Shown here in pieces: positions 24,827 to 42,483 of a stretch of DNA of 64,000 nucleotides. Position 1 is the stretch's first letter. The number at the start of each line of letters is the position of its first letter. The stretch spans positions 122,984-186,983 of the forward strand of contig JAAOMT010000200.1 in the NCBI GenBank assembly GCA_016748015.1, given 5' to 3'. The notes beneath the pieces were generated by a model that saw only the letters and a list, made by a program, of their open reading frames with translations, was not told where the DNA came from and did no database searches. The stretch comes from Geosiphon pyriformis uo1 (lineage: Eukaryota > Fungi > Glomeromycota). A program made the position numbers and the translations under genes.

Positions 24827-24860
<34 letters not shown>

Positions 24861-24872
24861 ACTTAAAACTTT

Positions 24873-24907
24873 TTTTTTTTTATTCATTTAATGAGTGAGG
24901 TTCAAAC
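24873..24907 (-). mobile_element. Extremely 5'-truncated (35 bp) LINE retrocopy
   Basis: Reverse complement GTTTGAACCTCACTCATTAAATGAAT(A)n matches the 3' end of LINE copy 1; flanked by the 11-bp direct repeat CTTAAAACTTT (24862-24872 / 24908-24918). Confidence 0.85.
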
Positions 24908-25837
24908 CTTAAAACTTTAAAAATATTAAGTAAATAAAACATATTATCTAATAAAACTACTAACAAATTACAAATAAAGAAAAAAACAAAATTATTATAC
25001 ATTAAATTATTTTTTTTTCAAAATAATTTTAGATTTAAATTTATATATTTAAATATTGTTTTAACTAATTATTAAATTTTAAACAAATTTAATTAATTTA
25101 AAAATAGTAACTTTAATGTTTTTAAAAATTAAAAACATAATATATAACTAATCTTTAAAAACAAAATTTTTACATAAAATTATATAAATATAAATATTAA
25201 ATATATTAAAAAATAATATTTATAATACTAATAATTTTAATATATATATATTAATCAAAAAATTTTAACAATAATTTAAATATTAATAGATTTTTATGAG
25301 TTTTTATATCAATTTTACATATAAATATGTGATTTAAAAATTTTATTTTATTATAATATAAACATAAAACACTAAAATAAAAACTATTATACAATTTTTC
25401 TTGTATAAATCAGCTGTTAATTTGTTTATATATTTAAAAATTATATAAAAATCAAAATATTAAAACAATTTTTATTTTTAAAAAAAAACTTTTAAATATT
25501 AAAATTATTAAAAACAATAAAAACAATAAAAAAATTATTAATTTAATATTAATTTAATAATTTTTTATTTTAAAACTTAGTTATTTTTTAATTTTATTAA
25601 AATATGTAAATTAAATTTAAATATTTAAATATACTTAATATAATTAATATTAAAACAATAGTTTAAAAAAAATATATTTGAAAAAATATTATTATTATTA
25701 GTATTATTAATATTAAAACTTTAATTACTTATAAGTGCTTTTTTTTAATTTTAATAAAAGTTTTTTAAATTATTTAACTTAAAATATATTGAATTTGTTA
25801 TTTGTTAATTAATTTACTAAATAATTATTAATATATC

Positions 25838-25838
<1 letters not shown>

Positions 25839-25867
<29 letters not shown>
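25839..25867. repeat. (AAT)n microsatellite in an extremely AT-rich spacer
   Basis: About nine tandem AAT units read directly. Confidence 0.9.
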
Positions 25868-25869
<2 letters not shown>

Positions 25870-26636
25870 TTTTGTTTTAAAAAATTAGATCTGAAATTTA
25901 GTTTTAATTATAATTAATTTAATTAATTTTAAATATAATACCAACACAATTTTAAATTACACTTGGAAAAAATAATAAATTAAATACAAAATCTGGTTTT
26001 TTTGTAACAAATAAACTTTTTAAGTTAATTAAAAAGATAAAAGTTTTTTTATAATACTTGTTTAAATTGGTTATTAATTTAAATTACATAATTAAAGTTT
26101 TATAGATTATTTTAAATTCTGTATAAAGATTTGAATAAATAAGTATTTTTTTGTTAAAAAAATAAAGCATTCAAAGAAAGTTAAAATGTCTAATATGATG
26201 TAATTTTGACACAAGTTTAAATGGCTGGTCACGTGTAAAAAGTGTATAATACATTTCCTATTACAGTCCATATTGCATGTGGTAAAATAGTTAATGGGTA
26301 TTGTTAAAGCCAAAAATATTTTTTAATTTTTAAAATTCAAAAATAAAATGAATAATTAAATTTTTTAAGGATTTTTATTAATTATCTGAAGATATTATAT
26401 TAAATTATCTTCAACAATTATAATATGATTTTGAAATTGCTCAACCGTTTTATAATTGATTCAATCTCGGCTCATCAAACTTCAAAACTATTTATAAACT
26501 TTTGTGGATGTAGTTAAATAGGACATATTTCCTAGGATTTACAAATAAATATTCAAATTTCATATCGCCTCACAATCTTGTAATCTGATGTACCAATAAA
26601 CACTATTAAAAGAAAAAGCATCGGAAACTAATTCTT

Positions 26637-27224
26637 TCATGAATCCTCATACCCATATGTGGGCCGACGAGGCCGCTGAGGCACTGAATTGAGAGAATGG
26701 AAGTTAGAGAAATAAATTATTAAAATTCGATTTTCATTAAGACCTATATATGATTTGAATGTATTTTTTCAGATTCTGGTTTTTTGAAATATTTCATCAT
26801 ATTCGATGATTATCAATTTGAAATTCGAAAAAGATACGACTTGTATTAGCAACTTTGCTTACTTGGATAAGTGATAGGTGGACGTTCTGGTCTTACATGA
26901 CCAATCCTTTTCTGTATAGGAGGAACTATGAGGACCGCTAACGGGCCTGATTTTGAGTTGGGCAAATACTTCAGCCATTTACCAGCTTCACATATTAAGA
27001 AAACTGAAGTGATTACCTGCGGTCCCTACTAACAGGCTCCAGAAATATGTGGGTTTTTCGTGAGCAAACTGACGCTTTGGGAGCCAAAAGTGGAGGAAGG
27101 TATGTCGGTCAACATGCAGTATAGTTATTCCACGCAATATGGGAACCTAATAAATCAAGGAGCATACCGTAACACGGAAGGGTTTTGTTATCGAGGAAGT
27201 GAAGCTTTTCAAGATGGAAGGCAT
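26637..27224 (-). CDS. NDUFA3: NADH:ubiquinone oxidoreductase 9.5-kDa accessory subunit (fungal NI9M/NUO9.5, NDUFA3 counterpart), 81 aa, 4 exons: 27224-27168, 27074-27017, 26946-26863, 26683-26637
   Basis: Manual GT-AG splicing gives MPSILKSFTSSITKPFRVTRQFAHEKPTYFWSLLVGTAGPLAVLIVPPIQKRIGHVRPERPPITYPMPQRPRRPTYGYEDS*. This fits the fungal family pattern AHEKP..F.S...G..GP......PP.......P.TYP.P..PR....GYED, and exon phases are consistent. Confidence 0.87.
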
Positions 27225-27443
27225 GGTTGCCAGGATTCTTCGCGTTTAAATTTGTCAAAAGTCAATCTGCAAGACTTTCTATTAAAATAAACCATTTACT
27301 GATGGATGATTGGATGAATATTTATGAAACCATCTCGGTTGATAAAACTATGAGTCAAAGATTCAAATTTTTATGCATCAAAATTCAACTTTGTTTCCTT
27401 CCTCTTTACCAACATCACGTTAGAGAAACCTCTAGTCTGGAAA

Positions 27444-27701
27444 ATGTCTCGACCGGGCCAATACGTAGTCGGGAGTTCCTCTTCTTCCTCAAGTCGCCCT
27501 GGTGGTGATCGCTCCGCCCCCCACCCGAGTTACTCAGCATTCGTTGATGACTATTCTGAAGGCGCAGTTACTGGCTTTATTCGCGAAGAATTCTTCACAC
27601 CTGAGAAAAGGAGTGGAAATTTTCAAATATTTTATGTGACCTTGGCATTTGGCGCTGCGATTGCGTTCCTACGTAATTTCGGGGAATTTCTAGCTGTCTG
27701 A
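27444..27701 (+). CDS. Small tail-anchored membrane protein, probably a TOM6-like mitochondrial import receptor subunit (85 aa)
   Basis: AAAATG start context, retained CpG, disordered N-terminus, C-terminal TM segment (IFYVTLAFGAAIAFLRNFGEFLAV) resembling fungal Tom6 tails. Family assignment from memory only. Confidence 0.55.
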   Translation: MSRPGQYVVGSSSSSSSRPGGDRSAPHPSYSAFVDDYSEGAVTGFIREEFFTPEKRSGNFQIFYVTLAFGAAIAFLRNFGEFLAV

Positions 27702-28106
27702 GGTAGATCAGGAAGGAGTAAAGTGATGGTAAGTAATATTGAAAGTAAAATGCGGAAAAAGGAAATTCATTCTGGTTTGGTTTGAGAATTATAAATTTAT
27801 GGTTTTCAAATTACAGCTGGAGCTAATATAAGTCTAATTATCATTATTTCCACATTAAATCATTTGTTTTTTCTCAAGGCTGGTTAATAATTAATAGTAG
27901 TGGAAATGAAATTTTTAGAATTACAGTCTCGATAATGTCCCGTTTGGGGAATCACCTTCAACCAGAGGGGATTCCGCAGCTAATAATTCCAAAGCTTGTA
28001 TACTTTTTTGGTTAATATCCCAAAGTAAATAAAGAAATTTATCGAATATCAAAATCACATCTCAGCGTCCACTCGCAGCACCGTGCTTTATCTAAACTTT
28101 TCATGC

Positions 28107-29166
28107 TCAACCTCCAAAAAATTTGACACCCATATCCTCAGCACTTGTTCCTTGAAAAACTTGGGCCACTCCACGTTTAACCAAGAGATCTAGAGCTTTA
28201 AGAAGCACGCTTTGATCCAATTCGTGAAATTCTTTACGTCCAAAATTATTAAATCATAAGGAATGACAACAAAACCGAGAAATTTTATTCGACAAATAAT
28301 GATTATATGCTCCTACCTAAACCCTCGGTAAGCTCACCATGTGCAATCTCATATACTGTTAAAATAGAGTTTGTCATACCGTTTGCATATATCTAAAAAA
28401 AAATTGATTAGATAAATTCATTCAAAAGTATAAATGAAATTTCGTTACCCAATTATATATTAGAGTCGCCCATTCTTCGGGTTTTCGCCAATTTATAATT
28501 GCCGTTATTTTTTTGTTTGGTGGAATCCATTCTGCTGTACCTATAAATCTCAAACTTTTCAACAATTAATGAAAGATTAGAAGGTATAATAAATTAAAAG
28601 TACCTTGTTTAACCATTTCTTCAATAATTGCTTGGAGAGTTTCAAAATTCAGCCTACCTAAGATGTAGGAGAAAGGCAATTTTTTTCAAGAGCACAAAAT
28701 TAAAATTGCAATGATAGTTAAGCTAAATGCCCGGCTTGAGAGTTAAGCTATAACCACTTACGCTTTATCGTACGATTATTAAAAAGTTCCCAATTCAATG
28801 ACTCAGCCAAGTCAAGTCTATATAGCCGATGGTGTCGACAATATCCTTGAATGATTCGTGACCAGTGCGCTGCCTAGTTTATAATTTATGGGGAATTTTA
28901 TATGGATCTCAAATACAAACAATCAAAGCTTTACGATCTAGTCGAACCTGGTGTTGCCAAGTTGACTGAGTCGGCTGATAACTGGAGTCCAATATAAAAA
29001 TTAAACCATTTTTGTCATAATTATGAAATAATAGACGGGACAGGCAATGTAAAATATCACTGGTTCTCTGCTCTCTTTGACTCTAAGCTTCGTACTAACT
29101 TTTGAGTGTATCTCACCTATAAAAAGGAGGAAATTTATGGATAGTTGGAAATTTGAAGGTTGCCAT
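28107..29166 (-). CDS. VPS25: ESCRT-II subunit Vps25, 180 aa, 7 exons: 29166-29117, 28981-28948, 28873-28762, 28657-28604, 28540-28449, 28392-28317, 28231-28107
   Basis: Spliced product MATFKFPTIHKFPPFYSYQPT...LFNNRTIKRRL...WRKPEEWATLIYNW...LTVYEI..G...EFHELD...GVKFFGG* carries the Vps25 signatures. All introns GT-AG, phases consistent, 543 nt total. Confidence 0.94.
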
Positions 29167-29381
29167 AATTTCACGTTTTGTTGCTTTAAATCCCAACTGT
29201 TGTTATAAAAGAAAGGGGTAAATGAAGCAATATTTAATTTATGATTTTGCAGAAATATTTTATCAGATCAGTAACGAAAAAAGTCAACAATGCTATGCTG
29301 CTTTCCTATTTATGGATCTGAAAATACTGAAATTTTGTGACTGCTGATTTTTGCCCAGTTCAAGGTGACAAAAATTAGAAG

Positions 29382-34274
<4,893 letters not shown>

Positions 34275-34501
34275 AAGAACAGAAAGCCTTGATCTCCTTA
34301 TTGATTCATTTGTATTCTCTGGACACTGTTTCCTTTTCTTTCCATTGGTGTAAATTGTGGAAATTATAGTTATAGAATTTCAAAGTTTATGTATTCTTAG
34401 TGTATAAGTTGTCTTTTTTCATATTAAGCTAATAGAAAAATAGAACCTGGCCGATATAACCAAATTTTTACTTATAAAATTTTTTTGTTTAATAAGAATT
34501 G

Positions 34502-35545
34502 TTTTTTTATTATTATTAAGGTTTAACGAGTGTAGCCCAATCACTATTTAGTATACAGAGTCAAAACTAGGGACCCCAACTAGATGCAATTCATGTTCTT
34601 ACTACATGTGACCAGTCACTCGGACCAATCAAGACAACATTAAGTCCCTATGTAAACCATCACATCATTACCCAAACCAGAAAAAAACAAGCAGAGTTTG
34701 CGAAAACCAAAGCTAACTCTAAAAGACTTATTAATACCAATTAATCTAACAACTTCATCTGACAATCCTGACACTAAATTACAAGACACAATAAGTATCA
34801 CTCCGAAATCACTGATCAAACCACACTTTTCTATATCTACCTTGTATTTGGACCTAAATTCTTATAAATCAAAACAATGCTATTTACCCAAACCATACAC
34901 AAAATCAACCAAAATCTGGACAGTCTTCTTATAATTTTTGAACACTTGTATAGCTTCACTATATCAACTCTTAAGTATAAAGTTTTTGTAGAGAAGTGTA
35001 TACAGGCTGATATTTAACAAACATGAAAAAAGAGATTTTACAATCATAAAAGGAGACAGAAAACAAGATCCTATTAGAAACTTCCAAATTACAATCTGTT
35101 TGAACAAAATTTTTTTATAGGAATTAGATTCTTTAGAACATATAAACATATGATCAAAAAACTCAACCTTCTATATTGTAAATACAAAATGCTTGAATAT
35201 TTTTTGTCATAAAGCCTTTTTTTAATTACAATTGGCAATTTCCTATAAACTGTTTTCATGAAATATGTATGCAAACTAACTGAAGTTTTATTTCTAAAAC
35301 CCAACAACATATGTAAATCTGGATGTCAAATTGCAATAGTCTAAATTCAATCAATTTTTCGAATCAAAGAACCATTCAATATTCTGAACCCAGATTTATT
35401 CTTTTAATGAACACAATTCATTGACTTATATATATTCTAAACAAAATTATAAACATTACTAAATACCAGCAAACTATTAGTTTTAATAAAATTATTTACA
35501 TATATTATTAAACAAAAACAGAAATAAACAAGCAGTTCTATTTGC
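34502..35545 (-). mobile_element. Old LINE copy 4, segment 1 (tail, 3'UTR, ORF2 C-terminus)
   Basis: Reverse complement has the family 3'UTR motif GATTGGTCCGAGTGACTGGTCACATGTAG and TYFMK..LP...KRLY. Confidence 0.88.
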
Positions 35546-35969
35546 TGTTACTCATAAAAATTAAGAATTATAATAAGTAAATAAAATAGCCAATCAAAAA
35601 TAAATATAATAAAAAAAAGAAATTCCAAAATTCCTCTTGAAAAATTACAAGATTCTAGAATTCTTTTTAAAAGAATTGAAAGATTTCAAGGAATCTTGTA
35701 TAACACAAATTATGTATATATAGCAAGAGTATTAGAAGCAGAAAAAATAATTTAGTTCAAAACAACAATATTTTTTTCTTTAAAAAATAGTTTTCTATAA
35801 CTTAAAATATAATTAAAATAAAAAATTTCTTTCTCTCTTTTGTTCCAAATTCCTGAAAAAGAGTCATATTTTGAAAGTAGTTTTTTTTGTTTTTCACTTG
35901 CTGTATCTCAACATTTCTCTTACAAATAATCCTTTTATTGTGGACTTGGAAGCTGCTACTGGCAGTAGT

Positions 35970-37826
35970 ATGTCGAATAAGAAAGCTCCTGTTGGTGCTT
36001 CTTCTGGTTCTGTTGGTGGTCCCTCCTCTCAAAAAAAAAGAGTTTCCCTTCACCATATGAATCAGTCTGGTGATAGAAACAAAGCTGTTTTGGCCAAACC
36101 TTATTCTGGTGGGAGTCAATACTCGGATATGGAAAGTGATTCTGGTGACAGTGTTGCTGGTAGCATCTTGGCTGGCAGTGATGATGGGTCTCTTCTTGGC
36201 TTGGCTGCAACAATCTCTAAGGCAAAGAGAGTTAAGAATAATTTGGACTGCGGCTTCCTTCTTGGTTCATTGGATGGCGGTCCTCTTCTCCCTCCTCTTG
36301 GTATTCCTTTAAAAAAAATGTGGTTGGATTCCAAAATTGTTAAATCTCAGGTGGAAGTTGTTGTTAAGAAGTCCTTTGCATTAGATATTAATCTTTCAGC
36401 TGTGGAAGGCAAATCAGTGACTGCAAAAACTCAATTGATCAAGAAATTGTTTTCAAAAATCAACGGTTTTGGAGGGGCCACTACCCCCTCAAAATTTGAA
36501 GAGATCATCAGATTGATATTTACTTCATTAGAGAGCTTGAAAAAGGCCGTATCATTGGCCAAGGAAAATAACATTATAGTAAACAGCAATCTTAAGAGAC
36601 AAAAAATTCACTCGGATCGGGCCGTAGTGATCAAGGAAATTTCCATGGATACGCCAAAAGAAATGATCATTGCCGCAGTATCCGAGTATGGTCAGATTGT
36701 GTCTATCAAAGTTCAGTTAATTGGGCTGTGGCAGAAGGCTGTGGTGGAGTTTGCCAAATCTAGCCAGGCTGATCTGTTGGCGTTAAAATGGTCTTTTCTA
36801 GTTGGGAAAAATTCTGTGTGTGTGGCCAAGATTGTGAAAAATCGTGAAACATGGGCTTTTAGGGATCAATTCAGGGCACTTCTATTTATTTTGCCAGTGG
36901 AAACGACAGCTCATGATCTTGGGAATCTATTGGAAGGAGCTGGTGAAAAAACTTGTGTCATCAATTGTTTATTGGAAACTGGCAACAGAACACGCTGCGT
37001 TGTGGTGTGTTTTGAATCTGATAAAGCTATGGAATCAGCTTTTTACATGGAGCCAATCTTTGGTGGAGTGAAACTCTCATGGGCTAGGTTGGATTTGGTT
37101 CGCTGTGAATGGTGTGGGAAGTTCAGTTATTCTGCCTTGGAATGTGATGCTGAGGTTGCATCAGTTTTTCAGTCACCCAAGTCATTTAAAAAGCCTGCTA
37201 ACTTGGATACTTGTCTCCAGTTGGCCAAATTATATGCTAAAAAGAGGGTTCCAATCTCTTGTCCTGTCGCCTTTGGAGACAAATCCTAAGCCCAAGTGGT
37301 CTCAGTTGCTTCGGTCTCTCATGGTTCTCTTGATGGCTCTGGTTCTGGTTCTCTGCTCTTTGGTGCTTTGAATTCTAGTGGTACCCCTCCTCCTCTCTCT
37401 ATGGTCGATGCCCCCTTGGGTGTATGTTTGGCATGTCTGGAATGCTCTGTAGAGCTTTTATCTGATCAAATTTTGAACATTCTTCTTCATTTTGACAATC
37501 TTAGTTTGGTGTCTTTAGCTCCTTCTTCTGATATAATTCCTCCAGTGAATACTCCTCAACTGTCCGTTTCTGGTTCTCTTATGGTGGCTAACTCTAACTT
37601 GGATTCCAACATGGTGTTAGACGTTCTTTTGACTCAACCCATTTCTTTCCCTTCTAGCAATGATAATTTTTAATTGGGTTATAGCAGTTCCAAGGTGCTG
37701 ACTTCTAAAGTTGGTGTTTTAGAATCAAAGTTGGTTGCTCTCGATGCCTCCATTGGTTCAATTTTGGTAAAGTTAGAGCAGATGTGTGCTGGTTTGGGTT
37801 CTCTGGTCCTCTCCTCATCTCAATAA
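35970..37826 (+). pseudogene. LINE copy 3 ORF1
   Basis: Long open segment to 37289 with SFALDINL, NGFGGATTPSKF, RRM-like blocks and CEWCGKFSYSALEC. Confidence 0.9.
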
Positions 37827-40800
37827 CCAGTTATATTTGGAAAATTGCCACATGCAATGTTAGGGGTATGAACAATCCTGCAAAACAGGAGGATATTATT
37901 TGTTGGCATAAAGAAATGAACAATATGATTTCAATTGTTACTGAGACTAAGTTGAAAGATGGGATTCACCCTTGGATTATGAACAAGTTTGTTGGCGTTC
38001 GGGTTTTTACTTCTGGTTTGAGTTCTGGTTACATGAGTTCTGGGGTTGCAATCATTATGAACAATTTCTTGGCTCGGCATGTGTGTAAGGTTTTAGACAT
38101 TTCTGGCCGGTTTCTTTCTGTTAAGCTTCTCTTTAAAAATAAACTGTCTGTGTCAATTTTGGGGCTATATGCTGGATCATCTTTGGCAGTACATTTCTCT
38201 CAGGTGGATGATATCAATTCTTTGATTGCGAGGGCAGTAAATGAATCTTCCTTCATCATCTTGGGTGGTGACTTCAATGAAGATGGTTCTTGCAAAAGTG
38301 CCAGCTTAAAAAAATGCTTTGATTTGGGTTTGGTCAACTCTTTGAGTGGAAGCTTGTTTGAAAAGGATGCTACATGGAACAATTCTCGTGGAGTGGCTAA
38401 AGTTATTAATTATGTGTTTGTGTCGTCAAATCTTGTTAATGCAATTTTGGATTGTGATGTGTCTGGTGTCAAAGAGTATTTTGACACTGATCATAAAGCT
38501 GTTTCTGTCTCCGTGGGTTTTGGTGGTTTGCTAGATGTACAGTTGAACTCATTGCAAAATCAAGCAAATAAGGATTGATGGAAGTACAATTTTGTGAATG
38601 CTGGTGATGCCAATTGGATCAAGTTTAAAGAAGATACTTCGGTGAATGCTGCCAAAATATGTTTGGACCTGGACACAATGTGGAGTCACCTTCACCAAGT
38701 GATGTGTTTGTCGGCTGAGAACGTTTTCAAAAAAAAATGGTTTAAGAGTTTTAACAGTGTCTATAATAGAGTATTATTCAGATTTCACAAATTAGAACTT
38801 TTGGTGTTGAAGATTGTCAAAGCCTCTCGTCTGGTCTCTCATGAGGAATTTGTTTCTCTACTTAACACATGGAAGGGAATTGATACTGCTAATGCTTCTG
38901 TTGTGGAGTCTCTCTTTCTTTCGGGTTCTCATTTTGATGCCATTTGTTCAGCTTTGGCCAGGATAAGAAAATCTTACCGTTCATCTAAGCTGTCAGAATC
39001 AAACCATGCCAAAGAATCTCAGATCAAGTTGGCAATTGACAAGAGAATGGAGGGTTTTAAGTTGAACAAAAGTCATCTGTACATAGTGTTTTGGAATGAC
39101 TTTTCCACAAGGTAGTTCTAGATCATTTGGTGATGGGGGATGAGCTGGTGTTGGATCCTGCTCCTGTGAAGTCTAAGATGGATGAGATTATGGAAGGCTG
39201 GACTAGAAAGCAAAGGGTGGTGCTCGATGTTAATGATAAGTGGTCTCACCAGTATTGTTCTTTAGGTTATGTTTTTGACGAAGCTTTTTCTGGTGTAATA
39301 GGTGTGATCAACTTCGACGAATTGTTTGAGGTTGTTTCCAATCTACCGGATGGCAAAGCTGCTGGTCTTTTGGATATCTCGAATGAGCTTTGGAAACATT
39401 GTGATATTTCAGTCCTTAATATGCTCTTGGTGCTTTTGAACTCTTGCCTGTTTGAGGAATCTGTCTCTGGCCCTTGGAAAGAAGCTTGGGTTTCGATGAT
39501 TCCCAAACCATATGAATGAGAGGGTGTTCTTACAAATACTTGTCTTATTGCACTGATTGAGACAGCTCGCAAGATTCTCTCCAAAATACTCTCAGACAAG
39601 ATTTCTTCAGCTTGCAGCACTCATGATGTCCTTTGTGATGACAATTTTTCGGTTTTGAAAGATATTATAACACAGTCCCCCATTTTTGCAGTTGGTTTGG
39701 TTGTTGAAGATGTCCTGGAAAAGAACTAAGAGCTTTGGCTGGTCTTGCAGGATATGAGGAAGGCGTATGATTCTGTTGGCTGGAAGCATTTGAAGAAGTG
39801 TTTGGTCAGAATTAAAATATGCGACAAGTTTATTCAGTTTTTTGGCGGCATTCACAGAGGTCACACTAATCGAGTCATGACAAATTTTGGTTTGACAGAT
39901 GGTTATTATGTCCATGATGGTTTAGATTAAGGAGAGGTCTTTTCCCCCCTTCTGTGGCACATTTTTTATGATCCCCTTTTGTGTGAAGTCAAGCATCAAG
40001 AGAGTGTCTGTGAGTATAGGCTAATTTCTTATTTTGTTTCCAAGAGTGGTCATGTTGAATTGCAAGCTGGGCTTTCTTCTTATTTTGCTGCTGGCGCCTT
40101 TGTTGATGATACAATTTGGATTGGCAGTAGTCAGAGAGCTACTTAACACATTTTGGACGTTGCTAGTGAGTTTTTTCGGATTAATGACATTTCAATAAAC
40201 AATGACAAGACAGTAGTTATTCCTATTAATTGTAAAGTTGGAAATTCCACTCTTTTTATTAGTGGTTCACCTATCTCTGTTGCCAAAAAGGGTGAATCCC
40301 ATCAGTATCTGGGCATATTTCTGTCAACTGAGAGCCTTTCCAAACCCAGTTTAGCTAAGGCACATTCGGACGTTCATTTCTTTACAAATTTGGTTCTGAA
40401 AAAAGCTATCTCAGATAAGCAGTTCTTATATTTGGTTTCAGCGGTTCTCCAACCTATAATTAGCTACAGGACACAATTTAGCTTTGTTCCTATAGGTATT
40501 TGCAACAAGTGGGATGCTATAATTCATAAGGGCCTGAAGCTCAAATCTGGACTTTTGCTCAATTTTCCTAGTGATTTGATCCACCACCCCTCCTTTTATG
40601 GTTTGAAATCTTTCCTGCAGATTCAATCTGAAGGCAAGGTTGCTTCTTTTATTAATTTTGCCAACTCTGGTGAGATTGTGGGACGTTTATTCTCTCATAG
40701 GTCTCATGACTTACAGGTTTTATGTTGGCATCCTATTCATCCGTTGAGTTCTTCTGTTCGCATTTGTGTTAGCACCTCTAATAATTTTTTGGCAGATGTG

Positions 40801-42483
40801 GTTTGTGTGCTTTATAATTGCAAATTGTCATTGGGTGGATCCTTTCCCAATTCCTTTCATGCCAATAGTGGGACGCCCATGTCAACTGTTTTGGGTGAAT
40901 CAGTTTTCTCTAGGTGTCTCCCCTTGCTTCAGTGGTATGGTGTGGCCTTTGTAGACCAACTTCGTGATCGTTATGGTACTGTCTTTGATTGGTCCACATT
41001 TAAGCGATGGAAGAAACTGGACCCCCATGGCCCTATTCCTGAGTGGTTCAGACTTTCTGCTGTGTTTCTTGCTGGTAAGAATTCCTCTCCTGCCCGTGTC
41101 CTTCTTCTTGCTAATATTGGTCCCTTGAACATTCTGGGTTCCTCTGGTTTTGTGTCTGTCTGTGATTGTCTTTTGCAAGTTAATACAAGGGTGCTATTAG
41201 TCTACACTAATGGGTCATTGAGAAATTTGGGTACGGTTGGCTGTGAAGCAGGTGCTGTGGCCTTTTTCGAGGACATTGGCATGGGTTTGGGTGTTGGCAT
41301 GTCTGGGTTGATGTCATCTACCATGGCTGAGTTACAGGCAATTGCGTTGGCTCTCGAGTGTGTTCCTGTTTTTAGTGTTGTTCATTTATTTTCGGATAGT
41401 CAGTCTGCTTTGGATGCTTGCAAATTGGAATTGGGTCTGGTGGTTCCTGATTTCCGTAATCGGTGTTGGGTTGAGTGTCAGCACATTGCCAACGTCATTT
41501 ACAGTAAGGACCTAAGAGTTAACTGGCACAAAGTCAAAGGTCATTCTGGGATTTTGGGAAACGAGCATGCTGATGTAATTGCCAGTGCTGTTTCTGTTTC
41601 TGACTGGTTTCTTCCTCCTCGCCTGGATGAACACTTTTTGATGGCTGATGGCAACGTTGTCTCTGGCAATTCAAGGCATTTTGTCTGTGACACTTTTCGT
41701 GCCATGTGTCATGCACATTGGGAGGTAGGGTCTGGTTCTAAATTTTTGCCTGTTAACTTGTGTGCTGATGTTGATTGGTCCCACTCTTCTTTGGTGTGGC
41801 ATCCTAATTTGCATATGACCACCAGTTTCACTAGCAAGATTTCGGCTAATGCGCACTCTTATTTTATAAAAGCTTTGCATCATCGGTTGCCTGTGGCTGT
41901 TCGAAAATGGCTTTATAATAGACTTTATCCCAGTGTGTTGTGTCTATATTGTGGTGATGTAAAGGTGTCGGATCATGTTTTTTCTTGTAAGATTGATGAC
42001 TCTGCTTGGCGTCGGTTATTGGATTCTCACATGAACTCTTGGGAAACACTTTCTGGTTCTTCTGTCTCTTTTTCGGTTTTGTTGCAGTTATTGTCGTCTT
42101 GTGTTTTAGGGTCCTCAGTGTCTATGGCCCTCCATAAGAGTTTTGTTTTTGATAAATAGTTCAGTGAAGCTGTCTCTGTCTTCTATAATCCCAAGGTGGC
42201 ATGTTTGGAGGTCATTAATTTTGCGTGTTCTCTTGACCTTGCTTTTAGAAATGAGATCTGGTTGGTTCAGGCCAAACACCATGCCTATATGGAAAAGCAC
42301 GGACTTATTCCTTTAGATGGTTCATCTCCTATTTCAGTCTCTGGTTTGACTTCACGGCTTTCTGCTGGTGTGGTTGATTTGCTTGGTATTGATGAAGCTC
42401 TTGGTGTGCATTTTGGTTTTCGCAAGTCTTGTATGTTTTTTTCCAGTATTGGTGATTCAGCTTCTGTCTATATAGCTGTGTAG
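37823..42483 (+). pseudogene. LINE copy 3 ORF2: APE-RT-RNase H-CCHC
   Basis: ATCNVRG, ETK, GDFN, TDH; QDMRKAYDSV, AFVDD; RNase H inside the 668-aa ORF; one frameshift near 39080; start codon reads ATA. Confidence 0.95.

Larger units (their letters stand above)
18085..24853 (+). mobile_element. Full-length LINE copy 2
   Basis: TSD AAAAAACACTTAA (18072-18084 / 24854-24866); uninterrupted A run 24829-24859; both ORFs present. Confidence 0.96.

Noticed and set aside
27060-27508. Plus-strand ORFs 27060..27290 and 27227..27508
   Set aside because: Non-ATG starts; they overlap the spliced NI9M gene, the shared promoter and the better-supported 85-aa ORF; no recognisable motifs.
35925-35970. 2A/StopGo peptide at the LINE ORF start
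   Set aside because: NPFIVDLE does not match the D(V/I)ExNPGP consensus.
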